Shown piece after piece: positions 9,572-19,647 of a stretch of 64,000 nt of DNA; positions within the stretch are counted from its first letter, which is position 1; every line of letters starts with the position of its first letter. Position numbers and translations under genes: made by a program. Source of the DNA: an uncultured Chloroflexia bacterium (GTDB lineage: Bacteria; Chloroflexota; Limnocylindria; Limnocylindrales; CSP1-4). Under the pieces are notes generated by a model. It did no database searches. It was not told the DNA's origin and saw only the letters and a program-made list of their open reading frames with translations. The DNA lies in assembly GCA_963749705.1 (NCBI GenBank), contig CAVVNQ010000002.1:160001-224000 (forward strand). Reading direction: 5' to 3'.

Positions 9572-10129
9572 ATGATCAGCACCGGCGAGCTGCGCAAGGG
9601 TGTCGTCATCGAGCTTGACGGCGACCTGTGGCAGATCCTCGACTACCACCACATCAAGATGGGCCGTGGCTCGGCCCAGGTCCGGATCAAGCTGCGCAAC
9701 GTCAAGAAGGGCAGCACGGTCGAGAAGTCGTTCCAGGCCGGCGACCGCTGGCCGCGCGCGCAGATCGACCGGCGCCCGGTGCAGTACCTCTACCGCGACG
9801 GGGACGATCTCCACTTCATGGAGACCGAGTCGTACGAGCAGTTCAGCCTGCGGGCCGAGACGCTCGACGATGCGATCGGCTTCCTCAAGGAGGGGATGAC
9901 CGTGGATCGCACCTCGTACCAGGGCGAGACGCTGGGGATCGAGCTGCCGGTCACCGTGGACCTGCTGGTCCAGGAGACCGAGCCCGGCTACGCCGGCGAT
10001 ACCGCTCAGGGCGCCCGCAAGAACGCAACGATGGAGACGGGCCTCGTGGTCACCGTGCCGCTGTTCGTCAACGAGGGCGACACGCTGCGCATCGACACTC
10101 GCACCGGCGAGTACCAGACCCGCCTCTAG
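9572..10129 (+). CDS. efp: elongation factor P (Arg32 loop type)
   Basis: ELRKGVVI, HHIKMGRGSA loop, QYLY, TEPG..GDTA, LVVTVPLFVNEGD..RIDTRTGEY. Confidence 0.96.
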   Translation: MISTGELRKGVVIELDGDLWQILDYHHIKMGRGSAQVRIKLRNVKKGSTVEKSFQAGDRWPRAQIDRRPVQYLYRDGDDLHFMETESYEQFSLRAETLDDAIGFLKEGMTVDRTSYQGETLGIELPVTVDLLVQETEPGYAGDTAQGARKNATMETGLVVTVPLFVNEGDTLRIDTRTGEYQTRL

Positions 10130-10159
10130 CGGGGTCGCGACGGCCGTCGAGATGGCGCG

Positions 10160-11686
10160 ATGAGCCGCACCCCCGAGCCGCCCGAGTGGGCGCTGCCGTC
10201 CTGGGACACGCTGCCCGACGATCCCGAGGCAACGCCGGCGCGGCGTCAGGCCGTGCCCGGCGGAACGTTCGGGCTTCGGGTCAGGACCGTGTCCGAGGTC
10301 AGCCGGGCCATCCGGGAGCGGATCCGCGCCGACGACGGGCTGCGCGACGTGTGGGTCGAGGGCGAGGTCGGGCGGGTCACGGTGTCCAGCGCGGGGCATG
10401 CGTACTTCACGCTCAAGGACGCGCGCGCCCAGCTCCAGTGCATCTGGTTCCGTGACGACCGGGTGCGGTCGCCGTTCCAGCCGCAGACCGGGCTCCAGGT
10501 GGTCGCCCACGGCCGGGTCGACCTGTTCGAGCCGCAGGGCGCGCTCCAGCTGTACGTCGATGCGATCCAGCCGTCGGGGTTCGGCGACCTGGCCATCCGG
10601 TTCGAGCAGCTCAAGGCTCGGCTGTCGGCGGAGGGCCTGTTCGACGCCGCCCGCAAGCGGCCGCTGCCGTCGAGGCCGCGCACGATCGCGGTGGTCACCT
10701 CGCCGACGGGCGCCGTATGGCAGGACGTGTGCAACGTCCTGGCGCGTCGATGGCCGATGGCGCGCGTCGTGCTCGTCGCGTGCAAGGTCCAGGGTGACGG
10801 CGCCCCCGAGAGCATCGTCCGGGCGCTGCGCCGGCTCGAGCGCTGGATCGGCCAGCAGGGTTCCGGCCAGGGTCCCGGCCCGGACGGCGACGCGCCCGCG
10901 GTGACGATCCTCGCGAGGGGCGGCGGCTCGCTGGAGGACCTGTGGTCGTTCAACGACGAGCGCGTCGTCCGCGCGATCGTGGCCCATCCGGTTCCCGTGG
11001 TGTGTGGGGTCGGCCACGAGGTCGACGTCACCCTCGCCGACTTCGCCGCGGACGTCCGGGCGCCGACGCCCTCGGCCGCGGCGGAGCTCGTGGTGCCGGA
11101 CCGGGTGGAGGCGACCGGCATCGTCCGCGCGATCGGCCAGCGGGCCGAGGGCTCGGTCACGAGGCGCGTCGGGGCGGCGCGGCGGGACGTCGACGCGGAG
11201 CGGCGCGCGCTGCTGCGTCTCGAGCCGCGGGCGCAGCTCGCGGCGTCCCGCGAACGGGTCGGGCTGGCGCTCGACCGTGCCACCCGGTTCCTGGCCACCC
11301 GGCTGGAACGGGACCTGCGGCGCCTGGAAGAGCTGGGCGGCCGCGCCCCACGGATCATCGACCGGCGGATTCGGTCCGCATCCGCGGGCCTGGCCGCCGC
11401 GACGGCGTCGCTCGGTGCGCTCGGTCCGCAGGCCACGCTGGACCGGGGCTACGCGATCGTCCGCCGATCCGCCGATGGGGCGATCGTGCGGGACCCCCGC
11501 CAGGCGGCTCCCGGGACGCGCCTGTCGCTGGCCCTGTCCCGGGGCGCCCTCGCGGCCACCAGTGACGGCCCGGCCGATCCACCCGGGATGGATGATCCGC
11601 TGGGTATGATCGTGCCCGGACGAGCGGCGGCGGTGGGATCATCCGACGCCGCCGATGCAGGTCCCGCAGCGAAGGAGCACCCGTGA
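10160..11686 (+). CDS. xseA: exodeoxyribonuclease VII large subunit
   Basis: VWVEGEV, GHAYFTLKD, VVTSPTGA, ARGGGSLEDLWSFNDE, GVGHEVD, RAPTPSAAAE, LDRGYAIV. Confidence 0.95.
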   Translation: MSRTPEPPEWALPSWDTLPDDPEATPARRQAVPGGTFGLRVRTVSEVSRAIRERIRADDGLRDVWVEGEVGRVTVSSAGHAYFTLKDARAQLQCIWFRDDRVRSPFQPQTGLQVVAHGRVDLFEPQGALQLYVDAIQPSGFGDLAIRFEQLKARLSAEGLFDAARKRPLPSRPRTIAVVTSPTGAVWQDVCNVLARRWPMARVVLVACKVQGDGAPESIVRALRRLERWIGQQGSGQGPGPDGDAPAVTILARGGGSLEDLWSFNDERVVRAIVAHPVPVVCGVGHEVDVTLADFAADVRAPTPSAAAELVVPDRVEATGIVRAIGQRAEGSVTRRVGAARRDVDAERRALLRLEPRAQLAASRERVGLALDRATRFLATRLERDLRRLEELGGRAPRIIDRRIRSASAGLAAATASLGALGPQATLDRGYAIVRRSADGAIVRDPRQAAPGTRLSLALSRGALAATSDGPADPPGMDDPLGMIVPGRAAAVGSSDAADAGPAAKEHP

Positions 11687-11961
11687 CGGACACGACGGCA
11701 CAAGGCGCCTCCGTGCTCCCGGTCGGGGAGCTCGCCTACGACGACGCCTTCGCCGAGCTCCAGCAGGTCGTCGCGACCCTGGAGGCGGGCGGCCAGACGC
11801 TGGAGCAGACGATCACGATGTACGAGCGGGCGGTGGCCCTCCAGCGGCGCTGCGAGCGCCTGCTGGCCGAGGCAGAGCTCCGTGTCCAGCAGCTGATGGC
11901 CGCACCGGGCGGCGGTCTGGCCGCCGTCGACGTCCGGCCCGAGGACGCTGCCGAGGAGTAG
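11683..11961 (+). CDS. xseB: exodeoxyribonuclease VII small subunit
   Basis: YDDAFAELQQVVATLE..LEQTITMYERAVAL..CERLLAEAE; overlaps the xseA stop. Confidence 0.92.
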   Translation: MTDTTAQGASVLPVGELAYDDAFAELQQVVATLEAGGQTLEQTITMYERAVALQRRCERLLAEAELRVQQLMAAPGGGLAAVDVRPEDAAEE

Positions 11962-12148
11962 GGGAGCGGCCGGACCGGGCGCCGCCCGGCGACCCCGATC
12001 GGGCATCGTGCTACCATCGGATATCACATAATCTCGAGCGGATCCCGCGGCATCGCGAACCGCTTCTCGCGTACTCTCGAACCTTTCCAGCGCCCGCAGG
12101 GCGCCCGACCAGCATCACCGCCGGGTCCAGCCGGCCGTCACAGGCGGC

Positions 12149-14359
12149 ATGTTCCCCGAGCAGCAGGAGCCGATGTCCGTGCCGATCCTCGATCGTCTCC
12201 AGGACCCCGCGGAGCTCCGCGGGCTGTCCGATCCGGAGCTGGCGCAGCTCGCCGCCGAGATCCGGGAGACGATCATCCGCACCGTCGCGGCCACCGGCGG
12301 CCATCTCGGCTCGTCGCTGGGCGTGGTCGAGATCACGCTCGCGCTGCACCGCCTGCTCGAGTCCCCGCGCGACCGGATCGTGTGGGACACGGGGCACCAG
12401 GCGTACGCGCACAAGCTGCTCACCGGGCGGCTGGACCGGTTCCACACCCTGCGCCAGATCGACGGTGTCGGGGGCTTTCCGCGGCGCGCCGAGTCGCCGC
12501 ATGACGTGTTCGACGGCGGGCATGCGGGCACCGGGCTCTCGATCGCCCAGGGTCTGGCCACGGCGCGTGATCTCCGGCACTCGATGGAGCGGGTCGCGGT
12601 CGTGGTCGGCGATGCCGCGCTCCTGTCCGGGCTCAGCCTCGAGGCGCTCAACGACATCGGGCACCGCCAGACGCAGCTGCTGATCGTGCTCAACGACAAC
12701 GAGATGTCGATCAGCCCGTCGGTCGGCGCGCTGTCCAAGTACCTGTCCGAGATCAAGCTGTCGGCCGCGTGGCGGCAGGGCAAGACCGCGTGGGACTCGG
12801 CGACCGAGCGGATCCCGCTGGTCGGGCCCCGGCTGCTCGAGCTGTCGCGCCGGTTCCGGCAGTCGGTCGTCTCGTTCGCGCAGCCGGGCCAGCTGTTCGA
12901 GGACCTCGGGATCACGTACGTCGGGGTGATGCCGGGCCACGATCTCCACCTGCTCGAGGAGACGTTCCGCCGCGCGCTCGCGCTCAACGGGCCGGTGATC
13001 GTCCATGTCCGGACGCAGAAGGGCAAGGGATATCGGCCCGCCGAGACGGACCAGGTCTCGTTCCACGGTGCCGCGCTGCCGCCGATGACGCTGGCGCCCG
13101 CCACGGACATGCACGACCGCCTGGGTGCCGCGACGAATGGCAGCAACGGCGATGCGATGGCGTCGTCGGCCGCGACCGGCTCCGCCGTGACCGCGTCCCG
13201 CGACGCCGAGGAGGGCGCCCCGCCGTCGGCGTCGGTGATGGCGGACCGGCGGAGTCCCGTGCACAACGCCGAGGGCGCCGCCGAGCCGTCGGCGATCCCC
13301 GCGCCCGCGAGCGACGCGAAGAAGACGCCCAACTACACCGCGTTCTTCTCGCGCGAGCTCGTCGCGCTCGGGGCGGAGGACCGCCGGATCGTGGCGATCA
13401 CCGCCGGCATGCCCACCGGAACCGGGCTCGCCAAGTTCCAGCAGGCGTACCCGGACCGGTTCATCGACGTCGGCATCGCGGAGCAGCACGCCGTGACCCT
13501 GGCGACCGGCCTCGCGCTGGGTGGCCTGCGCCCGGTCGTCGCCCTGTACTCGACCTTCCTCCAGCGCGCGTTCGACCAGACCGTCCATGACGTGTGCCAG
13601 AACGACGCGCCGGTCGTGCTCGCGGTTGACCGTGCGGGCCTGGTCGGAGAGGACGGCACCAGCCACCAGGGGATGTTCACGCTGCCGGCCCAGCGCCAGC
13701 TGCCGCACCTCGTGATCGCGAGCCCGCGCGACGAGCAGGAGCTGCGGGCCCTGCTGCGCACCGCGTTCGCGCAGGACCATCCGTTCGCGCTCCACTACCC
13801 GCGTGATGCCGGCTTCGGCGTCGAGGAGCGGGATCCGGCGCCGCTCGCGATCGGCAGGGGCGAGGTCCTGCGCGAGGGCCGCGACCTGCTGTTCGTCGGG
13901 TTCGGCCCGATCACCCGGCGCGCCGTGGACGTGGCGGTGGCGCTCGAGGCCGACGGGTGGTCGACGGGCGTGATCAACGCCCGCTTTGCCAAGCCGCTCG
14001 ACCGGCAGCTGATCCTCGACCAGGCGCGCGGCAAGCGGCTGGTGGTGACGTTCGAGGAGAGCGTCGTGACCGGCGGCTTCGGGTCCGGTGTGCTCGACGC
14101 GTTCGAGGAAGCCCGCGTCGCGGACTCGTCGTATCGGGACGTGGCGGTGCGCATCATCGGCATCCCCGGCGACCGGTTCGTCGACCACGGCGCCGTGTCC
14201 GACCTCCGGCGGTTGATCCGGCTGGACGTGCCGGGGCTGACGGCACAGGTCCGCGAGACGATCGGGCAGCTGGGGATCACCCCGGGACCGGCACCCATCG
14301 GGGCCGCCGGCTCGCCGCCCGCCGCGCCCGCGACCAGGACCCGCCGCCAGCGCGACTGA
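12149..14359 (+). CDS. dxs: 1-deoxy-D-xylulose-5-phosphate synthase (start may be 12173)
   Basis: GGHLGSSLG, WDTGHQAYAHK, GDAALLSGLSLEALN, LNDNEMSI, DVGIAEQHAV, YSTFLQRAFDQ, DRAGLVGEDG. Confidence 0.95.
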   Translation: MFPEQQEPMSVPILDRLQDPAELRGLSDPELAQLAAEIRETIIRTVAATGGHLGSSLGVVEITLALHRLLESPRDRIVWDTGHQAYAHKLLTGRLDRFHTLRQIDGVGGFPRRAESPHDVFDGGHAGTGLSIAQGLATARDLRHSMERVAVVVGDAALLSGLSLEALNDIGHRQTQLLIVLNDNEMSISPSVGALSKYLSEIKLSAAWRQGKTAWDSATERIPLVGPRLLELSRRFRQSVVSFAQPGQLFEDLGITYVGVMPGHDLHLLEETFRRALALNGPVIVHVRTQKGKGYRPAETDQVSFHGAALPPMTLAPATDMHDRLGAATNGSNGDAMASSAATGSAVTASRDAEEGAPPSASVMADRRSPVHNAEGAAEPSAIPAPASDAKKTPNYTAFFSRELVALGAEDRRIVAITAGMPTGTGLAKFQQAYPDRFIDVGIAEQHAVTLATGLALGGLRPVVALYSTFLQRAFDQTVHDVCQNDAPVVLAVDRAGLVGEDGTSHQGMFTLPAQRQLPHLVIASPRDEQELRALLRTAFAQDHPFALHYPRDAGFGVEERDPAPLAIGRGEVLREGRDLLFVGFGPITRRAVDVAVALEADGWSTGVINARFAKPLDRQLILDQARGKRLVVTFEESVVTGGFGSGVLDAFEEARVADSSYRDVAVRIIGIPGDRFVDHGAVSDLRRLIRLDVPGLTAQVRETIGQLGITPGPAPIGAAGSPPAAPATRTRRQRD

Positions 14360-14420
14360 TCCACAGGCGCCGGCGCCGGCGATACATCCGGGTGGAGCGG
14401 GCTGTGCCACGATAGGCGCG

Positions 14421-15245
14421 ATGGGCGCCGCAACCTCACGTCGGATCCGGCTCGACCACCTCCTCGTGGAGCGTGGCCTGGCACCCACGCGCGCCCGGGC
14501 GCAGGCGCTGGTGCTGGCGGGCAAGGTCCGCGTCGGTGCCGGCGATTCCGGCCGCCGGGACCTCAAGTCCGGCGACATGGTCGATCCCGGCGCGGTGGTC
14601 GACGTCGATGCGGGCCGCCAGTGGGTCAGCCGCGGGGCGCACAAGCTGATCGCCGCGCTCGACGCCTTCGGCATCGACCCGGCGGGCCTTGCGTGCATCG
14701 ACGTCGGGGCCTCGACGGGCGGGTTCACCGATGTCCTGCTGGCCCGCGGCGCGACCCGGGTGTACGCGGTCGACGTGGGCTACGGGCAGCTCGCCGAGCG
14801 GCTGCGCCGCGACCCGCGCGTGGTCTCGATGGAGCGCGTCAACGCCCGGACGCTGGGACCGGACACGCTCCCCGAGCCCGTCGACCTCGCGGTCGTCGAC
14901 GTGTCGTTCATCTCGCTCGCCCTGGTGCTTGGGCCCATCCGCTCGGTCCTGCGCGAGGGGCGCGGCCCGATCATCGCGCTGGTCAAGCCACAGTTCGAGG
15001 CCGGCCGCGCGGACGCCAGGGGCGGCGTGGTGCGCGACCCGGAGGTGCACCGGCGCGTGCTGCGCGACACGGTCGGCACCGCTGCGGCATCGGGGCTCGG
15101 CACGCGGGCGGTGATCGCGTCTCCGATCCTGGGACCCGAGGGCAACCGGGAGTTCCTGGTCCACCTGGAGTCCGGTCCGTCGTGCGCGGAGGTCGGCGAC
15201 CGCATCGACGAGGCCGTGTCGGCCGCATGGGAGGGGGCGTCATGA
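14421..15245 (+). CDS. tlyA: TlyA family rRNA methyltransferase
   Basis: S4 domain RLD.LLVERGL, VSRGAHKL, DVGASTGGFTD, DVSFISL, LVKPQFE, GNREF. Confidence 0.94.
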   Translation: MGAATSRRIRLDHLLVERGLAPTRARAQALVLAGKVRVGAGDSGRRDLKSGDMVDPGAVVDVDAGRQWVSRGAHKLIAALDAFGIDPAGLACIDVGASTGGFTDVLLARGATRVYAVDVGYGQLAERLRRDPRVVSMERVNARTLGPDTLPEPVDLAVVDVSFISLALVLGPIRSVLREGRGPIIALVKPQFEAGRADARGGVVRDPEVHRRVLRDTVGTAAASGLGTRAVIASPILGPEGNREFLVHLESGPSCAEVGDRIDEAVSAAWEGAS

Positions 15246-16084
15246 GCATCCGGCGGATCGGATTCGCGTACAACCCCACCATCGCGCAGGCGACCGAGCT
15301 CCGCGACCGCGCCGGCGAATGGTGCCGGTTGCGCGACATCGACCGCTGGGCAGCACCGGCCGGCGAGGTCGCCAGCCTGGTGGAGCAGCTGCCGGGCACC
15401 GATGTCCTGGTCGTCCTGGGCGGCGATGGGACGTTCCTGCGCGCGGCCCAGGCGGTGGCCGAGGTCGACGTGCCGATCCTGGGCGTCAACCTGGGCAAGG
15501 TCGGGTTCCTGTCGACCGCCGAGGCGCAGGACCTGGAACCCGTCCTCGAGCGGCTGGTCGCCGGCGAGTACCTGCTCCGCGAGCGGATGGCCCTGACCGG
15601 CACGATCCAGCCGGCAACCGGTCCCGCGACAACGGCGTTCACGGCGCTCAACGACATCGTCATCGCGCGCGGCGCGCTGGCGCGCGTCGTCCGGCTGGAC
15701 GTCAACATCGACGAGTCGCACCTCGCGACCTTCGTCGCGGACGGCCTGGTGGTCTCGAGCCCCACGGGCTCGACCGGCTACTCGTTCTCCGCGGGCGGCC
15801 CGATCCTCGACCCGCGCAGCCGGAACCTCGTCGTGACGCCCATCGCCGGCTACCTGTCGGCGATCCGTTCGATCGTGGTGTCGCCGGAGCAGGTCGTCCG
15901 CTGCCGGGTGCTCGACGCGCTGGAGGCGCTGGTGTCGATCGACGGCCGCGAGGACTGGCCGATCCAGGTCGGTGACGTCGTCGAGGTCCGCGCCCTCGAG
16001 CGCCCGATCCGGTTCGTCGAGCCGCAGGGGGCGCTCCCGTTCTGGGACCTGCTGCGGACGAAGGTCGCGCTGCTGCCGTCCTGA
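15242..16084 (+). CDS. nadK: NAD+ kinase
   Basis: LGGDGTFL, GVNLGKVGFL, ALNDIV, DGLVVSSPTGSTGYSFSAGGP. Confidence 0.95.
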   Translation: MSIRRIGFAYNPTIAQATELRDRAGEWCRLRDIDRWAAPAGEVASLVEQLPGTDVLVVLGGDGTFLRAAQAVAEVDVPILGVNLGKVGFLSTAEAQDLEPVLERLVAGEYLLRERMALTGTIQPATGPATTAFTALNDIVIARGALARVVRLDVNIDESHLATFVADGLVVSSPTGSTGYSFSAGGPILDPRSRNLVVTPIAGYLSAIRSIVVSPEQVVRCRVLDALEALVSIDGREDWPIQVGDVVEVRALERPIRFVEPQGALPFWDLLRTKVALLPS

Positions 16085-16086
16085 CC

Positions 16087-17814
16087 ATGGCCGTCGAACG
16101 TTCCCCTGATCACGCGGGCCGGCTGCTGGAGCTGGCGGTCTCGGACCTCGCCCTGATCGACCGGCTGCGGCTGACGCTGGCGTCCGGGTTCAACGTGCTG
16201 ACCGGCGAGACCGGTGCGGGCAAGAGCCTGCTGATCGATGCCCTGGGCCTCGCGCTTGGGGCGCGCGCGGACACGACGCTCGTTCGCCATGGGGCGGAGT
16301 CGGCGCGCGTCGAGGCGCTGTTCGATCGCATCCCGGAGCCGCTGATCGCCGTCCGCGAGGTCTCCGGCACCGGGCGCTCGACCGCGCGCCTGGACGACGA
16401 GACGGTGACCGCCGGCCGGCTGGCGGCCGCGACCGGGAGCCTGGTCGAGATCCACGGCCAGCACGACCAGCAGCGGCTGCTCGACGAGGACTGGCAACGC
16501 GACCTGCTCGACGCCTACGGCGGGCACGGCACCGCTCGCGATCGCGTCGCGGCCGCCGTCGAGCGCTGGCGCGGCAACCGCGCGGCGCTGGTCGAGCTCG
16601 CCATGGAGCCGCGTGAGCTGCTCCGCCGGCTCGACGTGCTGGAGCACGAGGCGAGCGAGATCGCCGGCGGCCGGCTGCGGGTCGGCGAGGCCGCGGAGAT
16701 CACCCGCGAGCTCGCCGCGGCGCAGCACGGCGAGGCGATCGCATCGGGGGCGGCCGAGGTTCGCGAGACCCTGCTCGAGGAGGGCGGCGGCGCCCGCGAG
16801 CGGATCGCGCGGGCCGCGCACGAGATCCGGACGCTGGCCCGGCTCGACGAGCGCTGGGCACCGCTGGTGGACCGGCTGGCCGGCGCGGAGGCCGAGATCG
16901 ACGACATCGCCGCCGAGGTCCGGTCGCTCGCCGACACGGTCGATCATGATCCGGCAACCCTCACGCGCCTGGAGGACCGGCTGGGCGAGATCCACCGGCT
17001 GATCCGGCGCTATGGCGATGACGAGGCCGCGGTCATCGCCCACGGGGAGCGCGCGGCGGCCGAGATCGAGCGCCTGCGCGGGCTGGACGAGGAGCGGGCG
17101 CGGCGCGCGGCAGAGGACGCGCGCCTGCTGCTCGAGGTCGCGGACGCGGCAGCGTCGCTGTCGATCCTGCGCGCGGGCACGGCCGGCGAGCTGGGCGCGG
17201 CGGTGTCCTCGGTCCTGGTGGAGCTCGGCTTCCCGGCCGACGCGTTCCTGGTGGCGCTCGGCCGCCGGCCGGCGGCCCGGGACGATGCCGCGGTCGAGGT
17301 GGACGGGGATGCCGTCGCGTTCGATGCCACCGGGATCGACACGGTCGTGTTCCGGTTCCGGCCCAACCCGGGCGAGCCCGCCCAGCCGCTGGCCCGGATC
17401 GCCTCGGGCGGCGAGCTGTCGCGGGTGGCCCTCGCGGTCAAGCAGGTGCTGGCGGCGGTGGACGAGACGCCCACGCTGGTGTTCGACGAGATCGACGCCG
17501 GGATCGGGGGGCGCAGCGCGGACCCGGTCGGCCGCTCGCTGTGGACGCTCGCCCGCGAGCACCAGGTGCTGTGCGTCACCCACCTCCCGCAGATCGCGGC
17601 CTACGCCGATGCGCACTACCGGATCTCGAAGGGAGCGCGCGACGGTCGGACGGTGACCGAGGTCGTCCGCCTGGATCGGGCCGACCGCGAGGCCGAGCTG
17701 GCGCTGATGATCGGCGGTGCCGGCGGTGGTGAGGCGGCGCGGCTGTCGGCGCGCGAGCTGCTCGACCGGGCCGAGGCGTGGACCGGGAGCCGGCCGGCCG
17801 ACGTGCCGGCCTGA
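16087..17814 (+). CDS. recN: DNA repair protein RecN
   Basis: LTGETGAGKS, IHGQHDQ, NPGEP..PLARIASGGELSR, FDEIDAGIGG, CVTHLPQIA. Confidence 0.94.
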   Translation: MAVERSPDHAGRLLELAVSDLALIDRLRLTLASGFNVLTGETGAGKSLLIDALGLALGARADTTLVRHGAESARVEALFDRIPEPLIAVREVSGTGRSTARLDDETVTAGRLAAATGSLVEIHGQHDQQRLLDEDWQRDLLDAYGGHGTARDRVAAAVERWRGNRAALVELAMEPRELLRRLDVLEHEASEIAGGRLRVGEAAEITRELAAAQHGEAIASGAAEVRETLLEEGGGARERIARAAHEIRTLARLDERWAPLVDRLAGAEAEIDDIAAEVRSLADTVDHDPATLTRLEDRLGEIHRLIRRYGDDEAAVIAHGERAAAEIERLRGLDEERARRAAEDARLLLEVADAAASLSILRAGTAGELGAAVSSVLVELGFPADAFLVALGRRPAARDDAAVEVDGDAVAFDATGIDTVVFRFRPNPGEPAQPLARIASGGELSRVALAVKQVLAAVDETPTLVFDEIDAGIGGRSADPVGRSLWTLAREHQVLCVTHLPQIAAYADAHYRISKGARDGRTVTEVVRLDRADREAELALMIGGAGGGEAARLSARELLDRAEAWTGSRPADVPA

Positions 17815-17831
17815 CGGCGGGGACGGATCGC

Positions 17832-18785
17832 GTGGCGACGACCCTCGACGGTGCGATCGAGGGGTACCTCGCGTACCTGCGCGTGGAGCGCGGCGTAGCC
17901 GATGCCACGATCACCGCGTACCGGGCGGACCTCACCGACTTCGCGATGAGCCGCGGGGCCGCCCGCGACTGGGCGAGCGGGCCCGAGGTCGCGCAGCGCT
18001 ACCTCGCCGCCCGGGCTCGCCGTGGCCGGCCCAACGACCCGGGCCTCGCCCCGACCAGCCTCCGGCGGCGCGCGGCGGCGATCCGGGGCTTCTACCGCTT
18101 CGCGTACGGCGACGGGGTCATCCCGGTCGATGTCGCGGCGCACCTCGACCTTCCCCGCCAGCCGCGGCTGCTGCCCGAGACGCTGACCGTGGCCGAGGTC
18201 GAACGGCTGCTGGAGGTCACCGGCGGAGCGGTGCCCACCGGCGGGTCGCCCACCGATGCCGAGGGCATCGCCGTGCGCAACCGGACGCTGCTCGAGCTGC
18301 TGTACGCGGCGGGCCTGCGAATCTCCGAGGCGCTCCAGCTCGATCGCGGCGAGGTGTCGCTGGACGGCGGGTTCGTGCGCGTGATCGGCAAGGGCGATCG
18401 CGAACGCCTGGTGCCGGTCGGCGACATCGCGCTCGAATGGCTGTCGCGCTACCTGGCGTGGCCGCGGGCCGCCTGGCTCGGGTCGGCCGGGGTCGCGGAC
18501 GCGCCGGGCGCGCCGCTGTTCGTCACCGCGCGCGGCCGGCGGCTTGGCCGCCAGCAGGCATGGGCGATCGTCAAGGCGAGCGCCGCGGCTGCCGGGCTGG
18601 ATGGCCGCGTCTCACCGCACACGCTTCGGCATTCGTTCGCGACCCACCTGCTCGAAGGGGGCGCCGACCTGCGCGTCGTCCAGGAGCTGCTCGGACATGC
18701 CAGTATTTCCACGACCCAGCTGTATACGCACCTGACCGGGGAGCGCATCCGCGAGGTCTACGCCCGCGCGCATCCGCGGGCCTGA
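17832..18785 (+). CDS. xerD: site-specific tyrosine recombinase (XerD-like)
   Basis: YLRVERG, LYAAGLRISE, GKGDRERLVP, SPHTLRHSFATHLLEGGADLRVVQELLGHASISTTQLYT; housekeeping context. Confidence 0.85.
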   Translation: MATTLDGAIEGYLAYLRVERGVADATITAYRADLTDFAMSRGAARDWASGPEVAQRYLAARARRGRPNDPGLAPTSLRRRAAAIRGFYRFAYGDGVIPVDVAAHLDLPRQPRLLPETLTVAEVERLLEVTGGAVPTGGSPTDAEGIAVRNRTLLELLYAAGLRISEALQLDRGEVSLDGGFVRVIGKGDRERLVPVGDIALEWLSRYLAWPRAAWLGSAGVADAPGAPLFVTARGRRLGRQQAWAIVKASAAAAGLDGRVSPHTLRHSFATHLLEGGADLRVVQELLGHASISTTQLYTHLTGERIREVYARAHPRA

Positions 18786-18799
18786 GGAGGTTCGGGGCG

Positions 18800-19591
18800 A
18801 TGTCGTATACGGACTCACTGCTGGCGTCGGGGGAGCGGATCCTCCGGCGTGATCGCCAGCACTGGTTCATTTTGGCGGGCAACGCGCGGTTCGCGATCGC
18901 CGCGCTCGTGATCGCGATCGTGCTGCTGCTGATCCGCGTGACCACCGGCGCGACCGGCGGCGTGATGGACTTCCTGGGCCTGGTCACGCTCGTCCTGTTC
19001 GTGGGCGGGCTGCTCGCGCTGGGCTGGAGCTGGCTGGAGTACCAGAACGAGGAGTACACCGTCACCTCGCGGCGGCTGATCCATGCCGAGGGCGTGATCA
19101 ACAAGAAGGCGTCCGACTGGTCGCTCGAGAAGATCAACGACGCGATCCTGTCGGAGGGATGGGCGGGCCGGGTGTTCGGCTTCGGCGACCTCGAGGTGCT
19201 GACCGCGTCCGAGCACCCCAACGAGGTGCTGCGCATGCTGCGCGACGCCAAGTCGTTCAAGAAGTCGATGCTGGAGGCCAAGCACGAGCTCGAGATCGAG
19301 GTGGGCCGGCCGACAATGCCGCCGCTCCGGTCCGCGGGCGACACGGGCACGGCCGGGTCGGGATCGTCGGCCCCGGCGCCGGCGGCGCCGCCCGTCCCGG
19401 CCCCACCGGTCAACGCCGCGCCGGCCGCTCCGGCACCGGCGCCCGCGGCGCCGGCAGGCCCCCCGCCGGCGGCCATGTCCGGCGACGAGGTGACGGCGGC
19501 ACTGGGACGCCTGGGCGACCTCCGCGATCGCGGGATCGTCACGCCCGAGGAGTTCGAGGCCAAGAAGCGGGAGCTGCTGGGTCGGCTCTGA
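18800..19591 (+). CDS. membrane protein with bacterial PH domain and C-terminal SHOCT domain
   Basis: Two TMs, YTVTSRRLI..EGVI, GRVFGFGDLEV, Pro/Ala linker, LGDLRDRGIVTPEEFEAKKRELL; SD GAGGAGG. Confidence 0.8.
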   Translation: MSYTDSLLASGERILRRDRQHWFILAGNARFAIAALVIAIVLLLIRVTTGATGGVMDFLGLVTLVLFVGGLLALGWSWLEYQNEEYTVTSRRLIHAEGVINKKASDWSLEKINDAILSEGWAGRVFGFGDLEVLTASEHPNEVLRMLRDAKSFKKSMLEAKHELEIEVGRPTMPPLRSAGDTGTAGSGSSAPAPAAPPVPAPPVNAAPAAPAPAPAAPAGPPPAAMSGDEVTAALGRLGDLRDRGIVTPEEFEAKKRELLGRL

Positions 19592-19647
19592 GCGCGGAGG
19601 ACCGGTAGGATACGCGGGACCCACCCAACCGCCCCTGTGAGGCCCGC

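Noticed and set aside
17832-18785. Tyrosine recombinase as the integrase of a mobile element
   Set aside because: XerD-type signature, embedded in the recN...scpAB housekeeping run, with no att sites or cargo
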